Shown piece after piece: positions 47,273 to 55,603 of a DNA stretch of 64,000 nucleotides; position 1 is the stretch's first letter, and every line of letters starts with the position of its first letter. Location of the stretch: IMG/VR virus record IMGVR_UViG_3300035661_000047. The stretch is one strand, 5' to 3'. A model generated the notes under the pieces. The model was given only the letters and a program-made list of their open reading frames with translations. It was not told the origin of the DNA and did no database searches. The position numbers and the translations under genes are program-made. The stretch is from a virus. Lineage: Duplodnaviria; Heunggongvirae; Uroviricota; Caudoviricetes.

Positions 47273-47456
47273 GTGCCGCAGCCGGCACATAAACAGTGTT
47301 TTTCGTCTCGAAAATTCCAGTCGTTTCGTCGTAAGACTGCACGGCTGACGTTGTTGCGAGTTTGGTGTTTGTCACGCGCCCGTCGTGCCCAGGATGGTCC
47401 ACAGGAACGACTAATACTGAGTGGCCGATTGGATCAGAGAACCCAAAGAAGTACAT
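47250..47456 (-). CDS. hypothetical protein (68 aa)
   Basis: Track ORF; weak RBS. Confidence 0.35.
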   Translation of the reverse strand: MYFFGFSDPIGHSVLVVPVDHPGHDGRVTNTKLATTSAVQSYDETTGIFETKNTVYVPAAALDKKGKA

Positions 47457-47481
47457 GCTCTCGTACTGGACGATTGGTTTT

Positions 47482-48105
47482 TCATGCTACCTCTAAGAAG
47501 CTATCGCACACCGAGTCGAACAGGTCTTTGAGGGTGCCGTTGTTATGGATGATGACATCGCCGTCATGGAAAGCGATACCAGCCTCACTGGCGTGTGCGC
47601 TGACGGTAGGAATGCTGTCTCGGACGATGTGCCATACTCGGCCACCCATTGAGCGAATCATTTTAGCTTCGTTCTCAAACCGCACATCTGTGACGACTGC
47701 ATGGTTGGAGTCTTCAGTGATTTGTTCGATCTTTCGGGCTGCTAGGATTCGCCAGATATCGTTGTTGACGATGTTGCGGCCCCACTCTGTTCCGAGCGTC
47801 TGCATCAGTTGGCGCGGAGACTTTCCAATCCACGGCACGACAACTTCTTTCAAACTGCCATTGAAGTGCTCTTCATTGAAGTCGAATAGCACGCGCATAG
47901 CGTCTCGAATTGGGTCGGCGAACGCAACTGTTTTTGCGTTGAATGCAGTCTTCAGCATTCCAGCGGCTGTATCTTTCCCGCTGCGAGCCTTGCCAGACAA
48001 GCCGATGATCTTCGGCTTAGGTGGGTCGAAAAATGAGGTCTTGTAAAGTTCTCCAAAACCGAGTTGCGGCATAACCGACGGGGATTCAACAATCATTGCT
48101 CTCAT
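47482..48105 (-). CDS. deoxynucleoside monophosphate kinase (P-loop)
   Basis: GLSGKARSGKDT Walker A and size (~200 aa) consistent with phage dNMP kinase. Confidence 0.65.
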   Translation of the reverse strand: MRAMIVESPSVMPQLGFGELYKTSFFDPPKPKIIGLSGKARSGKDTAAGMLKTAFNAKTVAFADPIRDAMRVLFDFNEEHFNGSLKEVVVPWIGKSPRQLMQTLGTEWGRNIVNNDIWRILAARKIEQITEDSNHAVVTDVRFENEAKMIRSMGGRVWHIVRDSIPTVSAHASEAGIAFHDGDVIIHNNGTLKDLFDSVCDSFLEVA

Positions 48106-48120
48106 TTCTCCATTAACTTG

Positions 48121-48353
48121 CTATGCAACCATGTTGCAAGCATTGATCCAAGTCCCGCTCCGAAACCAATGACAAGGGCGATAACGCCCAGCCATTTTAG
48201 CCACCGTAGCAACTACGTAAACTTCACACAGCGCCATCGCCATACTTGTCGGCAGAATCCACCAGTATTTCTTGTGGACTACATTAAACTGTTGCCACGA
48301 CTTGAGCGCGAAAAACAGGAATGACGAAGTGAAAGCAAGTGCGGAGTTTACCA
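48121..48353 (-). CDS. small membrane protein
   Basis: AAGGAAACT RBS + ATG 48353; two hydrophobic segments. Confidence 0.45.
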
Positions 48354-48361
48354 TAGTTTCC

Positions 48362-49975
48362 TTAGTTGGTTGCGTCTTCTTCAAGCACGATGTCTTGAAC
48401 TCGTGCTCGAATGACTTCAAACGTTTCGTCGATCAGCAGAGCACCATCTTCAAAGGCAGTGCGAAGCTCGCCAGCGGCCTCTTGCTCTTCCGATTGGCGG
48501 TCGAACATAACGTACTCGCCGTCGATCAGTTCAACTCGCATCAGACCGCGAGCAGACTTCTTGGTGCCATCATCCGTTGCAGGGTCTTTGAAAAGCTCCT
48601 TGAGCTGTCCGTCAACCACTGCTGCTGTGGCTTTTACTGCCATGCCGAGTGTATCACGACTCGCCATCTGGTATGTGTAAGACCCCACACCGAATACGAC
48701 ATTGTTGCTTGCGAAGCCACGTTGTTGCAGTCGTCGGAAGATGTCATCAGCGCGTTCCAAGGTGATGCTGTCGCCGTAGATCAAGCCAATGCACGGAGCG
48801 AGTTCGCGGTAGCCAAACTTGTTGACCGTTCCGCCAAACGTCTCCCACAGAAGCTCAATACTACCCTTGACTTCGTTCTCTGTCAACTCTTTTCCGGTCA
48901 GCCGGCACGTGTAAACAGTCTTGTATTTTACCTCTCCGATAGCGTACTCCCCTGGAAACTTGATGTTTTCGACGTAATACTCATCAGGGCGGTAGCCCGC
49001 AATAACGTGGGCAGGGTCGCCACTGTCAGGCCGCACAACAACCTTTGCGAGTCCGAGTTCGTTTGGCTTTCGAGCTTCGATGTCATCCTTCATCGCCGGC
49101 AGGAACTCGGTAAGAACTCGCCAGTAGTCATAGGTGTCTGAAACGACAGAGACGATGCCAGTCGGGTACGCTTCAGTGACCCAGCTCTTGATTGTGTCAA
49201 ATTCACCAAGCACGCTGCTGCCCAGCGACGTAACGCTGTGTTCGCTTGCAGGCACAGACGCAGCAATGAAATACTTGCTTGCATCGACGTTGTAGTAATC
49301 TTCAACGAGGTCGATTGCTGCAACCGTGTCAGTACCGCTGAACGACATCAGGTGGCCCAGACCCGTCAGCGCGCCGCCATTGCGGCCGATAACGCCACGG
49401 GCAGAGAAGTCGTGACACTGGAACATGACGTGGTTGCGATTGCCAACAGTTTGGTCTGCAAAGCTGTTGCACAGCGTCAGGAACTGGTACGCAGTCGTTG
49501 CAGCCGTCGTGGTTGCCCACAGCTCAGTCGAAAGCACTGTCTCGATATACGTGACCAACCATGCAAAGTCTTCATCAGTGTTGACGATGGTCAGCAGCGG
49601 CACCTTGAACGGGACTTTCGAGCCTTCAGGCAGGGCCTTGATCTTCAGCGGCAGGTAGCCCAGGTCGTGCAGGGCCTCGAAGTGAGCCATGCTTACTGCG
49701 CCGACTCCTAGCGAGGTTTCAACACGGCGCTTGAACTTGGCGATGACTTCAGCCTTCGGTTTGTTGAAGAATTCGCGGTTCCATTCTTCGATCAAGAATT
49801 CCTTGATGAAGTGTTGCAGGCCGGCAAAGACAACGCGCTTCTTGTCGTCGGCCCACTTGGCGTACTTACCGCTGCGGGCAGTGAAGTTGGCGTAAATCTT
49901 TGTCGCGCCATCGACCATGAACTTCTTGTGCGACAGCTTGTAGAAATCGGCTTGGGTCAGGGGGAAGCTCTTCAA
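48362..49975 (-). CDS. nicotinamide phosphoribosyltransferase family protein (NAMPT/NadV-like; candidate nicotinamide ADPR transferase Namat)
   Basis: 537 aa with NAMPT-family hallmarks (FYKLSH N-terminus; GLIYGDSITL; VVFGVGSYTYQ). Confidence 0.8.
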   Translation of the reverse strand: MKSFPLTQADFYKLSHKKFMVDGATKIYANFTARSGKYAKWADDKKRVVFAGLQHFIKEFLIEEWNREFFNKPKAEVIAKFKRRVETSLGVGAVSMAHFEALHDLGYLPLKIKALPEGSKVPFKVPLLTIVNTDEDFAWLVTYIETVLSTELWATTTAATTAYQFLTLCNSFADQTVGNRNHVMFQCHDFSARGVIGRNGGALTGLGHLMSFSGTDTVAAIDLVEDYYNVDASKYFIAASVPASEHSVTSLGSSVLGEFDTIKSWVTEAYPTGIVSVVSDTYDYWRVLTEFLPAMKDDIEARKPNELGLAKVVVRPDSGDPAHVIAGYRPDEYYVENIKFPGEYAIGEVKYKTVYTCRLTGKELTENEVKGSIELLWETFGGTVNKFGYRELAPCIGLIYGDSITLERADDIFRRLQQRGFASNNVVFGVGSYTYQMASRDTLGMAVKATAAVVDGQLKELFKDPATDDGTKKSARGLMRVELIDGEYVMFDRQSEEQEAAGELRTAFEDGALLIDETFEVIRARVQDIVLEEDATN

Positions 49976-49976
49976 A

Positions 49977-50762
49977 TCAAATCTCCTTTACGTGCGGCTT
50001 CGCCGCGTTGCTCATCAGGTTCGAGACGTAGATTGTATCGTAAAACTGTGTTAGAACTTCAGCACCTTTCGTGAAAAATCCGTGTGTAACGTATAGTGCC
50101 ATCGTCTTTGGCTTGTGCTTCTTCAGCACTTTTGCAAGCTCAATAAACGTCACACCGCCATCGCACAGGTCATCGACAACACATACTGTCTTTCCAGTGA
50201 TTTCTTCGCCACCATACACAGTAGTGTCAACGATCTTCCCAGTATAGTCTCGCTTCTTGTCTGCGACAAGCACTTTCGATTCAGGCCGGTTTGAAGTCAG
50301 CTTGAAAATCTTCTTACTTGCACCAGCGTCAGGTGCAACAAAGATATCGAAACTTGGCAGGCTCCACGCACACTCAGCCTGTTCTGTCACAACAAGGTTG
50401 TTGACGACTGCTTCAAGAACGTAGCTGTGGGCGTCCATTGTGTAGACGCTTGAGAAGTTCAAGCTGTTGATGTAGGCTGCAACCATCTTAAGGGCATAGC
50501 CCTCTCCTTGGTTGCAACGGTGGTCTTGGCGCGAGTATGGAAAGTACGGAATGTTCAGCGCGATGTGTTGCACGTCGTTGTGTCGAAGCGCATCAACCAG
50601 TTGCCCAAGGGCTAGAAGGTCGTCATTTCCTTCCCACAGGAGTGTAATCTCAACTTCCCCGTGCGTAAAGCCAGTTTCGATCTTGACACCTACTTCTCCG
50701 CACGGGAACTTCCACACTTTAACAGGGGTTTCCAACCCCGTCACACTCTTTGCAGAAAGCAT
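49977..50762 (-). CDS. ribose-phosphate pyrophosphokinase family protein (Prs-like; candidate ADPR-PP synthetase Adps)
   Basis: NIPYFPYSRQDHR, TMDAHS, VAPDAGASKK, CVVDDLCDGGVTF match PRPP-synthetase motifs; 2 nt from the NAMPT-like gene. Confidence 0.75.
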   Translation of the reverse strand: MLSAKSVTGLETPVKVWKFPCGEVGVKIETGFTHGEVEITLLWEGNDDLLALGQLVDALRHNDVQHIALNIPYFPYSRQDHRCNQGEGYALKMVAAYINSLNFSSVYTMDAHSYVLEAVVNNLVVTEQAECAWSLPSFDIFVAPDAGASKKIFKLTSNRPESKVLVADKKRDYTGKIVDTTVYGGEEITGKTVCVVDDLCDGGVTFIELAKVLKKHKPKTMALYVTHGFFTKGAEVLTQFYDTIYVSNLMSNAAKPHVKEI

Positions 50763-50909
50763 GAGTTACACCTCGTAGAAGCTGACACCTTCACTGTGGT
50801 ACCCGTTGCTGCTGCCGTGCCAGCGGATATCGACGTAGCCGTGGCGGGTTGCCAACTTGTAGAACGTCCACGTACCGTACTCGATACTCGGAGCATCCTG
50901 CGACTCCTC

Positions 50910-51125
50910 TTAAGCCACAAGAATTGGCGAGTCGATCAGGCCAGCAAGATCGCCGACAATAGACTCAATGCAGACGTGCTCGCAGCAGTCTTGATCGTGG
51001 TACATTTCGTAGGTCTTACCATCTTCAGCGTAGAAGACGATCTTGTCATCGCCTTGAACTTCGATTTCCTTGATGACCTTACCACTAAGGTCGCTGAAGT
51101 CACGGCTCTTGTCCCAAAATCCCAT
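50910..51125 (-). CDS. hypothetical protein (71 aa)
   Basis: AAGGAGATTGTAA RBS + ATG 51125. Confidence 0.5.
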   Translation of the reverse strand: MGFWDKSRDFSDLSGKVIKEIEVQGDDKIVFYAEDGKTYEMYHDQDCCEHVCIESIVGDLAGLIDSPILVA

Positions 51126-51419
51126 TTACAATCTCCTTCTCAAACGTTGTGAACTGAATCTGTTGCACTCTAATATGCTCAGAAGTTATATCAGTGTAGC
51201 CTCTTTCTCTAAGCCACGCAAGCAGTTTCAGTGCTTTGATGCGACGGACTTGAATTGCTCCGTCGCTGCTACTCATGACCCCTTTTGGAAAGTCTCTTGG
51301 AAACCTCATCCAAGCAGAGAAAGCGATGTTAACATCTTTTTCACCAGATAGCAACGAGGTAAGGCAGGCAGCGACAAGCTTTTCGTAGTCCCTAGCACCT
51401 GCCTTGGCAAGCTTCTTGC

Positions 51420-51717
51420 TCAAGCCCGCTTCATCGGCTTCGTGACAAAGAAGCCTCGATAGATGGGGTAGTTCCGCATGAACTTTCGAGCATACAGCGC
51501 GATGAAGTCGTTGCTGATTTTGAAGTCGTCGCCAGTCGTCTTGATTGCAGTCTCCCAGCGGAGGCGGTTTGCAATCAGCCATGCGCTGCTCTTCTTCTTG
51601 CCAGTGGCAATCAGCTCGAAACTGAACTGTTTGAACAGGTCATAGACTTGAGGATTTTCAGAATCGAAAGCCTCGAAGCGGGCAGTCAGCTCGGTATGAA
51701 CGTTATTCACTCTTTCT
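51420..51717 (-). CDS. hypothetical protein (GTG start)
   Basis: AAAGGAGAAAGA RBS then GTG at 51717, just downstream of the minus-strand tRNA. Confidence 0.5.
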
Positions 51718-51737
51718 CCTTTTCTCATTGTTGAGAT

Positions 51738-51813
51738 TGGCGCGTCTGGTAGGACTCGAACCCACAACCCGTAGCCTAGAACACTCTTGCTCTATCCTTT
51801 GAGCTACAGACGC
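51738..51813 (-). tRNA. tRNA-Arg (TCT)-like, weak anticodon stem
   Basis: Reverse complement GCGTCTG-TA-GCTC-AAAGGATA-GAGC-A-AGAGT-GTTCTAG-GCTAC-GGGTT-GTGGG-TTCGAGT-CCTAC-CAGACGC-G-CCA: perfect acceptor, D and T arms, 76 nt with CCA; anticodon stem has two mismatches. Confidence 0.55.
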
Positions 51814-51819
51814 GCAGTT

Positions 51820-54222
51820 TTAGTGGCAGCTAGCCCAGTCGGTGCCTAGCATGTACCCAGCAGACAATTCTACGTTAAGTTTGTAGTATTGTCCAGCCTC
51901 TCGCACAGCGATTGTTGCAAGTTCGCCAGCTCTACAGTAGCCACGGAACCACCCCTTGTCATTGTGAACTGGGTCGCTCCAGACCTTACCGTCTTCGCTC
52001 TTAAATGCCTTGCACTCGGCCTCGCTGCCGAACTTCTTCCATGCCACCATGCTCCGACGAACCTCTAGCTGAGCTTCGTCGTGGTAGGCAATCAGTTGCT
52101 GGCAGAAGACCTTATTCTTCCAGTCATCACGGAAAAAGTCAACCCACAGGCCCTCATCTTTCAACATTTTTTCATGGATGACCATCGCACGCTTGGCACA
52201 GATGACGCCAGCCGACTGGAATGCCGTATTGATGACGTTCCCCTTTGTGCGGATCGGCAACTTTCGGTTGTCAATGCCCATAAGGAACTTCTTCTGGCCC
52301 GGACCTTCCCAGTATTTTTGCATCTTCTCTTTCAGCTCCTTCAGAGGGCTTGCCTGCTCCCAGAACGCATCGAAGATGATCTGACCTGTATCCAAATCGC
52401 AGCCCACCGTTTTAGCCACACGCGCTGGCTGAGCATTGTAACTGCACCCGTACTTGACGTTCTTCGCAGTTGATCGAGGAAACTCACGTCCGAGAATTCC
52501 CGTGATCTGGCGCGCGAGCACGCTATGGCAGTCATTCGGCTTCTCAGCCGTGAGTGAAACTCCGTACTCAGGCCCACCCGCGTAGCGGTATACGTAGTGG
52601 GCTTCGATCTTCGCTTCGAGCGAATCAAAGTCGTAACCAAGTTGAAGAAACCCGTCATCCTTGTCTACTCCGAAAAGCGCCCGCATATTCTTGCCATACA
52701 GGTTGGTCACACGCGGGATGTTAGCCACGAGACGGTGCTTAAAACGGCTTGTACCAGCCCCGCACGAGTCGGCAGGTGTCTGGATACGTCCGTCTTCTGC
52801 AATGCGTCCAGCGGCCATAAAACCCTTTCCAGCGAACTCATCGTCATCGTCCAAGTCGTCAGGATCAAAACCTCCGCCGAGAATACTGTTACGCCTGTGG
52901 GCATATGTCAGGTACTCAGAGACAAGCTTTGCGTGCGGAAACTGGTCTGCCAGCTCCAACAACGCCGGGTCAATTTCCTTCTCCATTCCAACGGTGATAG
53001 TCGGATTGGTGTACACCTTCAGCGGGCGCTTCAGGTCGTGCTTAAGCAGCTTATCCCGAAGCCGCGAAGCAGGAACGTCTAGCTCACTACAACGGTCACG
53101 TTTGAACGGGCTTGAAAGCGTCTGCTCAACGTACCGCTCAACAGTGTCAGCGAACTTCTCTGGCGTCAGCTTCTTCTTCTTACTATCACAGGTCAGGTCA
53201 CGTTCCTTGTATTGCGTCGGACGCCAGCCCAGCTCTACAAGCCACCCTTTGATGTGCGTGGTATCCTTGACAGTGGCAGGCTCATGCGTCATCACAGCTT
53301 CGTCGGCAGGCATCGGCATTTTGCCATGCTTGTCGTAGACCTTGTACCACCAGTGCCCAGATTCTTCCAAAATGGAGCCTTCGTGACGTTCAATCCATTT
53401 AAGAACGACGGCTGACGGTTCACCATTCTTCTTGAACTGAATCTTCGGTGGAATGTAACCTTTCAGTTTTGTCAGACCCATTGGCTTAGGCGGAAGCAGC
53501 GGCTCAACTAGCAGCCGTATTTCTTCCATCTTAGCATCAAGCTCTCGGACATTTGCTTCAGCAAGTTCAGCATTGAACCAGAAACCCCTGTGCGATTGCC
53601 GAGTGACGATATCCCGCGTCATCTGCTCAAGCACAAACGGACCTTGCCAGTTCCAGCTACCCATTTCATCGACAAGGTTGAAGTAGAGCTTAACGTTCAC
53701 TGCAACGTCGCGTTCATTGTACACCAGCATTTCTGGGTGATACTGTGCGAACTCAGCTCCCTTCGGCGAGTTGTATTGAATGAGGCCAAGCTCTACAGCT
53801 TTAGCTCGCCAATCAATCTTATCAAGCCCGAGTCGCTTACCCCACTCGTCAAGCGAGTGACCGCCATACCTATCAGGGTTCAACACCTTTGACAAAACAA
53901 GGGAGTCGATGATTTCAACAGGGTTGCCATTTATATAGCACTGCTCGCCTATTTCGTAATCAATGCCAAGCCACAACTTCAGCACCAAAAGGTCGTAGTC
54001 GATGATGTTGTGGCCGACGATCGTCGTCATCTTTGCTAGCAGGCGCGGAAACTCTGTACGAACTTCGTCCCCTACGAACCTGTAGACAGCGCCAGAGTCG
54101 ATGTCTTGTACAACTAGACACCACACCATGAACGTCGGCTTAAGCTTGAACGGGCTTGCCAAGTAGTCAATTGTCGTGTGGTCAAGAAGCCCATTGGCTT
54201 CGATGTCAAATACGCCTCTCAT
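51820..54222 (-). CDS. DNA polymerase, family A (T7 gp5-like) with 3'-5' exonuclease domain
   Basis: AAAGGAGAAGG RBS + ATG 54222; Exo I motif VFDIEANGL; conserved PolA palm/finger region; 800 aa. Confidence 0.85.
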   Translation of the reverse strand: MRGVFDIEANGLLDHTTIDYLASPFKLKPTFMVWCLVVQDIDSGAVYRFVGDEVRTEFPRLLAKMTTIVGHNIIDYDLLVLKLWLGIDYEIGEQCYINGNPVEIIDSLVLSKVLNPDRYGGHSLDEWGKRLGLDKIDWRAKAVELGLIQYNSPKGAEFAQYHPEMLVYNERDVAVNVKLYFNLVDEMGSWNWQGPFVLEQMTRDIVTRQSHRGFWFNAELAEANVRELDAKMEEIRLLVEPLLPPKPMGLTKLKGYIPPKIQFKKNGEPSAVVLKWIERHEGSILEESGHWWYKVYDKHGKMPMPADEAVMTHEPATVKDTTHIKGWLVELGWRPTQYKERDLTCDSKKKKLTPEKFADTVERYVEQTLSSPFKRDRCSELDVPASRLRDKLLKHDLKRPLKVYTNPTITVGMEKEIDPALLELADQFPHAKLVSEYLTYAHRRNSILGGGFDPDDLDDDDEFAGKGFMAAGRIAEDGRIQTPADSCGAGTSRFKHRLVANIPRVTNLYGKNMRALFGVDKDDGFLQLGYDFDSLEAKIEAHYVYRYAGGPEYGVSLTAEKPNDCHSVLARQITGILGREFPRSTAKNVKYGCSYNAQPARVAKTVGCDLDTGQIIFDAFWEQASPLKELKEKMQKYWEGPGQKKFLMGIDNRKLPIRTKGNVINTAFQSAGVICAKRAMVIHEKMLKDEGLWVDFFRDDWKNKVFCQQLIAYHDEAQLEVRRSMVAWKKFGSEAECKAFKSEDGKVWSDPVHNDKGWFRGYCRAGELATIAVREAGQYYKLNVELSAGYMLGTDWASCH

Positions 54223-54335
54223 CCTTCTCCTTTTCTTGAACGTAGAAAGTACACTGGACAATCTGTGCATCTGTATCTGGATTGTAGCCGATCTTCTTCA
54301 TTTTGTGGAACGGCAGCGATGAACAGTCGTCTTTC

Positions 54336-54348
54336 TTTTTTTTTTTTT
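54336..54348. repeat. T13/A13 homopolymer inside a small uORF upstream of the polymerase gene
   Basis: 13 consecutive T on plus strand (A13 on the coding minus strand) within the ORF MNCAKKKKRKTTVHRCRSTK starting at 54359. Confidence 0.8.
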
Positions 54349-54389
54349 GCGCAGTTCATGCACATTCCACCTTTAGGTTGCGCTCCCCC

Positions 54390-54803
54390 TCATTTTGCCA
54401 GCAACGCGATTTGTTCGGCGTACTTCTTTACGCGCTTCATGTCGCCTCGCAGGATGCTTTCTCGCATATTCATCATCAAGTCCACAAGCTTGACTTTCTT
54501 AGCCAGAGGATTCGCCTTCACTTCTGTGAGGTATTCCTCCCGTGACTGCCAACTCTTTTTGTGAGTAATGGCAAGAACAGCCTCAACGATGTTGTCTTCA
54601 AACAACGCTTCAAGAAGCTCAACCTTGCAGGCTGTGTCTTCTAGCATGTCGTGAAGCATTCCAATTATTGCAAGACGTTCATCACCGTCATCTTTCAGTG
54701 CCGAAGAAACCATTTCAAGATGGTACATATACGGATGGCGTCCGTACATCTGCCCAGCGTGGAATTTCTCTGCCAGACCCCTTGCCAGTTCTAAATCTTT
54801 CAT
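54390..54803 (-). CDS. HD-domain phosphohydrolase
   Basis: H..E..(spacer)..HDMLED metal-binding signature in a 137-aa protein. Confidence 0.65.
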   Translation of the reverse strand: MKDLELARGLAEKFHAGQMYGRHPYMYHLEMVSSALKDDGDERLAIIGMLHDMLEDTACKVELLEALFEDNIVEAVLAITHKKSWQSREEYLTEVKANPLAKKVKLVDLMMNMRESILRGDMKRVKKYAEQIALLAK

Positions 54804-54922
54804 TAAACGCTCCTTTGCTGAGTCTTACCACACTTTTCGCAAGTCCTGAACTGGAGGAAAGTTCTCCACGTCTTACACCAGTTTAACCCAGACCACTTGC
54901 CCATTTATGCCAACAAAACACG

Positions 54923-55294
54923 TCAGTACTTTCTCCACCCGTCTGGGAGGTCACAATTAGATGGCGCAAACTTGAACATAGGCGATATGTCTGCGTCTGT
55001 GTATCCGGCAAGGCCGCAGCCCACCCGCGTCACTAGGAATTTCTTATTCCAGTTCTGCCTTGCGTAGAGGATGAATTTTCTCACATGCTTCTCTACAGTG
55101 TCAAGCGGCAGCGTGCGAATGTTGTGGTCTTTTGTTGGAATGGCATAGGCCATCCCTGTTGGACCCTCGCCAACACCATATACAGCCCCGTAGAGCCGTT
55201 TTGCGTCTAAAGCTGCACCTCTACCATGCCTGCCTGCTAAATTCGATCCAAAGACGAATATGCGATCCATGTAGCTCCAATGAAAAGCCCGCAC
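54923..55294 (-). CDS. hypothetical Rossmann-like (SLOG/LOG-like) protein
   Basis: RIFVFGSNLAGRHGRGAA Gly-rich N-terminal motif; 123 aa. Confidence 0.45.
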   Translation of the reverse strand: MRAFHWSYMDRIFVFGSNLAGRHGRGAALDAKRLYGAVYGVGEGPTGMAYAIPTKDHNIRTLPLDTVEKHVRKFILYARQNWNKKFLVTRVGCGLAGYTDADISPMFKFAPSNCDLPDGWRKY

Positions 55295-55348
55295 TAGGCG
55301 GGCTTGTTACTCACTGACGAAGACAGTCGCCGCTTGCGATTGACAGTC

Positions 55349-55603
55349 CTATTTTGAAACTGTTCCGAAGTCCGGTGCCCAGCCTTCGATCATAGCACCT
55401 TTCATCCCGCCAGTTGCGAGAGCAAGAATGACAGCGTTGAAAACGTAGTCAGGAATTTCTTCGAGCGCAGGAACGTTTCCGTCCTGATTTGCCCCGGCCA
55501 GTGCTAGTTCGATGATGGATTCGGACAGGTCTTTGATTTCGTTAATTAGTTCTCTTTTGTTAGGCTGCGATATCCTCGTTAACATCACGCTTAAGCAGCG
55601 CAA
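55349..55603 (-). CDS. hypothetical protein
   Basis: 84 aa ORF whose start overlaps the end of the helicase gene. Confidence 0.4.
   Translation of the reverse strand: MRCLSVMLTRISQPNKRELINEIKDLSESIIELALAGANQDGNVPALEEIPDYVFNAVILALATGGMKGAMIEGWAPDFGTVSK

Noticed and set aside
50763-50909. Thr/Ala/Ser-rich ~50-codon ORF with GAGGAG RBS (ATG ~50893) between the 71-aa gene and the Prs-like gene
   Set aside because: Low-complexity product that runs into the Prs start in another frame; could be a coupled leader peptide, but evidence is too thin to call
51100-51582. Track ORF 51100..51582 (-), 160 aa
   Set aside because: Its upstream half overlaps the better-supported RBS/GTG gene 51420..51717 out of frame; only a possible 58-aa ORF from ATG 51276 with a short-spaced AGGGG RBS remains, left uncalled
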